The position numbers and the translations under genes are program-made. The notes beneath the pieces were generated by a model. It did not search any database. It worked only from the letters and a program-made list of their open reading frames with translations, and was not told the origin of the DNA. Below, in pieces: positions 7,777 to 12,022 of a DNA stretch of 12,022 bases (its first letter is position 1; each line of letters begins with the position of its first letter). Source of the DNA: Candidatus Electrothrix sp. (GTDB taxonomy: Bacteria; Desulfobacterota; Desulfobulbia; Desulfobulbales; Desulfobulbaceae); assembly GCA_049669385.1 (NCBI GenBank), contig JBATKL010000013.1:1-12022 (forward strand), written 5' to 3'.

Positions 7777-7821
7777 GTAGGGGCGAATCTTGTATTCGCC
7801 CGTATAGTTTCGCCCGTATAG
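7777..7821 (+). repeat. REP-like element in + orientation. Its hairpin probably serves as the trpS 3' stem-loop/terminator.
   Basis: GTAG followed by a perfect hairpin: GGGCGAAT (7781-7788), CTTGT, ATTCGCCC (7794-7801). Next comes the exact 13-mer TTCGCCCGTATAG twice (7795-7807 and 7809-7821). It lies 38 nt after the trpS stop. The downstream sequence is only weakly T-rich. Confidence 0.55.
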
Positions 7822-7843
7822 TGCAAGGATAATTCATAAATCA

Positions 7844-7865
7844 CCCCTACAGCAGCTGCAAAAAC
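7844..7865 (-). repeat. REP-like remnant (GTAGGGG head only)
   Basis: The minus strand reads GTTTTTGCAGCTGCTGTAGGGG. It shares the 11-mer TGCTGTAGGGG with 4841-4851. It is inverted relative to the 7777 copy. Confidence 0.35.
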
Positions 7866-7889
7866 GATAACTTCATAATACAATACAAG

Positions 7890-7947
7890 GGGCAAACCAG
7901 TGTGTTCGCCCTTTGATACCGGGCAGACACATAGGTCTTGCCCCTAC
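7890..7947 (-). repeat. REP-like element, copy 2, with two hairpins. It probably acts as the terminator/3' stabiliser of tatA.
   Basis: The minus strand reads GTAGGGGCAAGAC-CTATGT-GTCTGCCC (8 bp plus a bulged A), then GGGCGAAC-ACACTG-GTTTGCCC (8 bp with a G-U pair that would be an A-C mismatch on +), followed by CTTGTATTGTATTATG. The TAG inside the leading GTAG is the stop codon of the 84-aa tatA. Confidence 0.6.
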
Positions 7948-8198
7948 TTGGTAATCATCTTGCCAACGTCTTTTACCTTATCAATTTTTTCCTGTACAGC
8001 TGCGACCTCCCGGACACCGGGAAGATTCTTGGTCATCTCTCCGAGGCCAGCAGTATCTTCAACCTCACCGAGGCCTTTTTTAAAGGAACTAATGGCCTTG
8101 CCAAGGCCGGAGCCAATCTCAGGTAATTTCTTTCCACCGAAGAGGAGGAAAGCTATAGCCAAGATGACAACGAGTTCAGGGGTTCCTAGTCCGAACAT
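7944..8198 (-). CDS. tatA: Twin-arginine translocase TatA/E family protein (long-tailed paralogue)
   Basis: An 84-aa ORF: [42 protein letters not shown]. This is the canonical TatA layout of N-terminal TM helix, hinge and amphipathic helix. AAGGAG lies upstream. Confidence 0.9.
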   Translation of the reverse strand: MFGLGTPELVVILAIAFLLFGGKKLPEIGSGLGKAISSFKKGLGEVEDTAGLGEMTKNLPGVREVAAVQEKIDKVKDVGKMITK

Positions 8199-8232
8199 AA
8201 CGGTTCACTCTCCTTATCAAAAAACGAGTTCT

Positions 8233-8418
8233 TCAGCTTTCTTTGCTGTTATCCTTGTCTTCTATGGGTTTCGGGTCATCATCGCTTTTTGTGGCATCTT
8301 TAAAATTCCTGATACCTTTTCCGATACCAGAGCCGATTTCAGGCAGTTTCCCTGCGCCAAAAATAATAACGATAATAACCAGGATGATAATCAGTTCAGG
8401 CATTCCGAGTCCGAACAT
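8233..8418 (-). CDS. tatA: Twin-arginine translocase TatA/E family protein
   Basis: A 61-aa ORF: [51 protein letters not shown] lies 7 nt upstream of the ATG. Confidence 0.92.
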   Translation of the reverse strand: MFGLGMPELIIILVIIVIIFGAGKLPEIGSGIGKGIRNFKDATKSDDDPKPIEDKDNSKES

Positions 8419-8614
8419 ACTCTCTCACCTCTTTACAGTTTGTTCCGTAAGTAGTAAAAATGATCCGTACTACACGCAGCAGGACGGTACATCAATGTAG
8501 CACCAAGAGGTATTTCCTGTCAATAAACAAGAGCCTGTCACGGTACTTTTCAAGCAATATCACCGAGATTTTTTCTATTTCCTCACCACCTAAACGGTTA
8601 TCCCCGGATCCCCA

Positions 8615-9949
8615 ATGAAGCATACAGTCACAAAGCATACTGTTACTATAGAGAAAGTTATACCCGGCGGAAAAGGACTGGCCCGGACAGCTGACGGACA
8701 GGTTATCATGATCCCCTTTACCCTACCCAACGAGAGCGTGCTGGTCAAAGAAGACACCAAAAAGTCCGGCTACATTGAAGGAGAACTCGACAGGGTGCTT
8801 TCCCCTTCAGCCGCTCGGATTGAACCGCCCTGCCCTTTATACGGGGAATGCGGAGGCTGTGACTTGCAACACGGCAGCTATGCTGAACAGCTTAGAATTA
8901 AAAGTGGGATTGTTGCTGAATCACTGCACCGTGCCAAAGTACCTATTGAGCATATACAAAAGCATGTGCAATATCATATGCAAGATACGGTGGCCTCGCC
9001 GCTCCAATGGGGATACCGTTATCGCCTTCGCCTCAAGATCAACCCTGCTGGACAGCTCGGTTTCTTCAAAAAAAGAAGTAACGATTTCCTCCCTGTCAGC
9101 CACTGCCCGGTGGCAGCACAGGGCACCAACTCCGCCTTGGCCGGGTTGAATGAGACAGGGGTTCTCCAGCCGCTAGCTGGCCTCTACCCAGAAGTTGAGC
9201 TGCTGGAGTCGCCTGCTGACGAAAAAATCACTCTTATTCTCCGAGGAGACAATCATAAAACCCCACCATCAGCAACACTCCAGGCCCTTACCACAGCCCC
9301 TTATATCCATCAAGTGGGATGGGCTTCACGGAAAGGATTCCAATACCTTTCCCCGCAAGCAGATCCGCTGACCCAGCATGTTCGGTTTGGTGAAAAAAGC
9401 TGCACCTTGTCTTGGTCTGGAGGTTGTTTTTCTCAGGTCAATCCTGGTCAGAATGAACAGCTGATCCGCTTGGTCTGCGATCTTGCCGGAGCCCTTTCAA
9501 GAGATCTGAGCGGCAAAACCGTCCTAGACCTTTACTGCGGCATGGGCAATTTTTCTATCCCTCTTGGGCTCTGCGGCGGAACCGTAACCGGTATTGAAGG
9601 CAATCGAGAAAGTATCCATTGGGCAGAAAAGAACGCCGGGCAGGCCGGGATTAAAGCCCATTTTTTTACCGCCGATGTACGGGAAGCCCTGAAACAGCTT
9701 ACCGATCAAGAGGAACACGCGGACATCATCATCCTTGATCCACCACGAAGCGGGGTCGGAAAAGACATCACCTTGCTCCCGCGCCTTGAGCCGGAAAAAA
9801 TCATTTACGTCTCTTGCGATCCCGCCACCCTCGCCCGCGACCTGAATCTTCTTTGCACTCACGGTTATATGATTACCCGTGTTATCCCTGTAGATATGTT
9901 CCCCCAGACCAGCCATATTGAATCTGTTATTCTGTTGGAACAAAGCTAA
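8615..9949 (+). CDS. rlmD: 23S rRNA (uracil-C5)-methyltransferase, RlmD/RumA family (TRAM domain + 4Fe-4S + class I SAM methyltransferase)
   Basis: A 444-aa ORF. It has a TRAM-like N-terminus, the Cys cluster CPLYGECGGCDLQH plus HCPV, SAM motif I LDLYCGMGNFS, ILDPPRSG, and the catalytic YVSCDPATLARD. Assignment of the exact rRNA or tRNA target is inferred from the architecture. Confidence 0.88.
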   Translation: MKHTVTKHTVTIEKVIPGGKGLARTADGQVIMIPFTLPNESVLVKEDTKKSGYIEGELDRVLSPSAARIEPPCPLYGECGGCDLQHGSYAEQLRIKSGIVAESLHRAKVPIEHIQKHVQYHMQDTVASPLQWGYRYRLRLKINPAGQLGFFKKRSNDFLPVSHCPVAAQGTNSALAGLNETGVLQPLAGLYPEVELLESPADEKITLILRGDNHKTPPSATLQALTTAPYIHQVGWASRKGFQYLSPQADPLTQHVRFGEKSCTLSWSGGCFSQVNPGQNEQLIRLVCDLAGALSRDLSGKTVLDLYCGMGNFSIPLGLCGGTVTGIEGNRESIHWAEKNAGQAGIKAHFFTADVREALKQLTDQEEHADIIILDPPRSGVGKDITLLPRLEPEKIIYVSCDPATLARDLNLLCTHGYMITRVIPVDMFPQTSHIESVILLEQS

Positions 9950-9955
9950 GTTAGC

Positions 9956-10705
9956 TTAAACAGATTGAGCTTCTCCATCGTCTTTCTGCTTGATAAAAAT
10001 TCTTCCGACAATAATTCCGGCTTCATAAAGGGCAAATAAAGGTAAGGCGAGTAAAACAGTCGCAGTCACTTCACCGGCGGTCAGCAAGAAGGAAAGAACA
10101 ACGATAGCAATATAAAAATACTTACGTTTTTCCTTGAAGTGCTCATGAGTAACAAGCCCGACGACCGTGGTCATGACCATAAGAAAGGGGATTTCAAAGG
10201 AGATGGCAAAGGCGAGCACCATGCGGGCGACAAAGGTCAGGTAAAGACCCAGTTTGGGCATAGGCTCCAAATTTTCCCCGGCATAGCTCATAAAAAAAGA
10301 CAAGGTTTTCGGAAGAACAATAAAAAAGCCAAACAAAGCTCCCCCTATAAACAGACCGGTCGACCACAGAATAACCCTGCGAGCCACGACCCGCTCCTTG
10401 CTCAGCAACCCCGGAGCAATAAACATCCAGATTTGATACAGCAGATAGGGAAAACTCACTATAATCCCTGAGATAAGGGCAAGTTTAATGTACGACACAA
10501 AGGCATCGGTCAGCTTGGTGTAGACCAGCTTTTCCAACGTCGGAGCTGCCAAAAACAACGGTTGAGTACAGAATGCCGCAAGATGATCAATAAAAAAATA
10601 GGCAAGAGCTGTACTCAGCGCAATAGCTGCAAACGATTTAAGGAGCCTTTCTCGCAACTCTTGATGATGCGGGCGAAAACGCTCTAAGATTGAGGCAGCA
10701 CTCAT
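9956..10705 (-). CDS. tatC: Twin-arginine translocase subunit TatC
   Basis: A 249-aa polytopic ORF with a TatC-type N-terminus (HHQELRERLLKS), about 6 hydrophobic segments and typical length. Its ATG overlaps the tatB stop (ATGA at 10702-10705). Confidence 0.95.
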   Translation of the reverse strand: MSAASILERFRPHHQELRERLLKSFAAIALSTALAYFFIDHLAAFCTQPLFLAAPTLEKLVYTKLTDAFVSYIKLALISGIIVSFPYLLYQIWMFIAPGLLSKERVVARRVILWSTGLFIGGALFGFFIVLPKTLSFFMSYAGENLEPMPKLGLYLTFVARMVLAFAISFEIPFLMVMTTVVGLVTHEHFKEKRKYFYIAIVVLSFLLTAGEVTATVLLALPLFALYEAGIIVGRIFIKQKDDGEAQSV

Positions 10706-11223
10706 GCGACAGAAGAAGGACGTAGTGCAGAGGTATCATCATCGGGGGTATTATCTGGGACACTTTCAGCCATCTCAGACGGTTCAGGATCATTCTCAGC
10801 ACCACCTTCAGCAACCTCAGCTTGCTGATCAGAAATACTCTCTTCTTGAAGAACAGGCGCTGTTTCCTCTTCCCAGGAACGCGGGGCCAGAGATTCTATT
10901 TCAGCTTCGATGGCCTCATCGCCTTCTACGATATCTGAAGCAGGAGCAACCTCCTCTTCTTGCTTCCACTGGTTGGGATTCCTTGTTACATCTTCGAGCA
11001 GGTGCGTCTTCATTTGCCCAGCTGTCTTCTGAATATCCTGCTGCACCGAGCTGACAATCTTTGTTTCTTCGTTCAGACTTTCTTTCACCTGGTTCATTGT
11101 ATTCTTGAGTTCGTTAACACCCTTTGCCAGCGAACGAGCCAACTCCGGGAGCTTGTCCGGTCCGACCACAATCAATGCTACAGCCAGAATCACGATCATT
11201 TCTGGCAAACCTATTCCAAACAT
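10702..11223 (-). CDS. tatB: Twin-arginine translocase subunit TatB
   Basis: A 173-aa ORF: MFGIGLPEMIVILAVALIVVGPDKLPELARSLAKGV. It has the TatA/B fold with the GP hinge, followed by a long acidic tail. It sits immediately upstream of tatC and is translationally coupled to it. Confidence 0.85.
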   Translation of the reverse strand: MFGIGLPEMIVILAVALIVVGPDKLPELARSLAKGVNELKNTMNQVKESLNEETKIVSSVQQDIQKTAGQMKTHLLEDVTRNPNQWKQEEEVAPASDIVEGDEAIEAEIESLAPRSWEEETAPVLQEESISDQQAEVAEGGAENDPEPSEMAESVPDNTPDDDTSALRPSSVA

Positions 11224-11398
11224 ATTATTTCCACGGTGCTTTTATGAGTATTTTTGTGTATAATTATCTAGCTATATTTTTTTGATACCGGTACTGTCTT
11301 CAGTATACGTACTATATATTACACTTAACTTACTGACAGTCAAGGGTAAACCTGCACAAAAAGGCTTAGCGTAGTCCTTTAAAATAGCACCTTTTTTC

Positions 11399-11427
11399 TT
11401 GACGCTTTTTCCCCATTATAGTTTATT
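11399..11427 (+). promoter_or_regulatory. Weak candidate promoter for the right-edge gene
   Basis: TTGACG (11399-11404), a 17-nt spacer, then TTTATT (11422-11427) in a very AT-rich 277-nt spacer. The -10 element is poor, and this is a pattern match only. Confidence 0.2.
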
Positions 11428-11500
11428 TAAGATAATAGGATATGAAATTTTGAAAATATACCCACTGCAAAATCTAAACAAAGAAGGATGTGGCAACCAC

Positions 11501-12022
11501 ATGTTGAAGCCCTTAAAAAAAATCTCAATCGTATCCGTTACTCTTCTATCCTGCATGCTTCTTAGCACGTTAGCAGCTGGACAAGACAAAGCAGGATGGT
11601 TGAATGATAAAGTGACTCTCCGCTTTCAAGATGAGCAAATGAGTTCTGTACTTGGAAACCTCTCTGAACAGACCGGCATAGCGATACTCTACGATGAAAA
11701 GCTGGCGGATCAAAAGGTCACAGGGCATTATAAGGCTATAAAATTTGCAGAAGCAATTAACAGGTTGTTCAGCGAAAACAATAAAAGTATTCAGGTTTTA
11801 AAAAACGAAAAAAAAATAATTGTTAAGACCTTTGGTGCGAAGCAGTTTATCTTGGCTTCATCAACTGAAAGAGCACCGTCAGATCAGCTTTCTGACGACT
11901 CTGAAAAAATGACGTTGGCTGAGCTTGAAAAAATGCATAGGCAGCAGTATAAAGAGTATAAAGAACGTATTTCGAATGAGAATGAGGTGCTTGAGGGCGG
12001 CATGACGCGGGGTGAAGTTAAG
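11501..12022 (+). CDS. Exported hypothetical protein with an STN-like (secretin/TonB N-terminal short) domain. The 3' end lies outside the window.
   Basis: This ORF is not in the supplied track because it has no stop inside the window. My hand translation gives 174 in-frame codons: MLKPLKKISIVSVTLLSCMLLSTLAAGQDKAGWLNDKVTLRFQDEQMSSVLGNLSEQTGIAILYDEKLADQKVTGHYKAIKFAEAINRLFSENNKSIQVLKNEKKIIVKTF... There is a signal peptide (possible lipobox LLSC, or SPase I cleavage near LAA/G). The V.L.F....L..VL..L...TG..I.Y pattern is STN-like. An in-frame upstream stop lies at 11372-11374. AAGGA lies 12 nt upstream of the ATG. Confidence 0.7.
   Translation, partial: MLKPLKKISIVSVTLLSCMLLSTLAAGQDKAGWLNDKVTLRFQDEQMSSVLGNLSEQTGIAILYDEKLADQKVTGHYKAIKFAEAINRLFSENNKSIQVLKNEKKIIVKTFGAKQFILASSTERAPSDQLSDDSEKMTLAELEKMHRQQYKEYKERISNENEVLEGGMTRGEVK

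Noticed and set aside
7900-8454. A 184-aa ORF on the plus strand, plus other + ORFs across the tatA genes
   Set aside because: It is antisense to two canonical TatA genes that have good SD sites. It starts inside the REP-like element and has no motifs.
9524-11247. Antisense ORFs 9524-9943 (-), 10139-10471 (+), 10704-11054 (+) and 10960-11247 (+)
   Set aside because: Each lies opposite a confidently identified gene (rlmD, tatC or tatB), and none has recognisable features.
11491-11507. Sigma54-like TGGCAA-N-TTGA element
   Set aside because: The -12 element is TTGA rather than TTGC. The motif also overlaps the ATG of the gene it would have to drive, so it cannot be that gene's promoter.
1-12022. 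Search for defence systems, toxin-antitoxin pairs, CRISPR arrays, prophage or transposon boundaries, and tRNA/rRNA genes
   Set aside because: All ORFs of 60 aa or more that are not antisense shadows have ordinary housekeeping or envelope assignments. No intergenic gap exceeds about 280 nt, and none shows tRNA-like or spacer-repeat structure. There are no integrase, transposase or nuclease motifs.

Overview
This window reads as a mostly housekeeping chromosomal segment from a Gram-negative genome. It may be deltaproteobacterial or Desulfobulbales-like, but that taxon call is a low-confidence inference. Gene order is as follows. The 3' part of a large beta-helix/PKD surface protein lies on + and is open to the window start. 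Next come hisD (-), a DUF2058/YaiL-like gene and a CNNM(DUF21)-CBS transporter (-), and an in-frame MobB::iron-alcohol-dehydrogenase ORF (-). Then come trpS (+), two tandem tatA paralogues (-), an RlmD/RumA-type Fe-S RNA m5U methyltransferase (+), and tatC-tatB (-, coupled through an ATGA overlap). The window ends with an AT-rich spacer and an ORF that is absent from the supplied track because it runs off the window (11501-12022, +). That ORF encodes a signal-peptide protein with an STN-like domain. The non-coding content includes two good minus-strand intrinsic terminators and a family of GTAG-initiated REP-like imperfect palindromes at four intergenic sites. I see no rRNA, tRNA, CRISPR, transposase, integrase, or recognisable defence or toxin genes. 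I did not find a convincing novel multi-gene system. The best leads are the MobB::Fe-ADH fusion, whose junction depends on an A7 run, the REP-like repeat family, the split tat locus, and the truncated AT-rich gene at the right edge.
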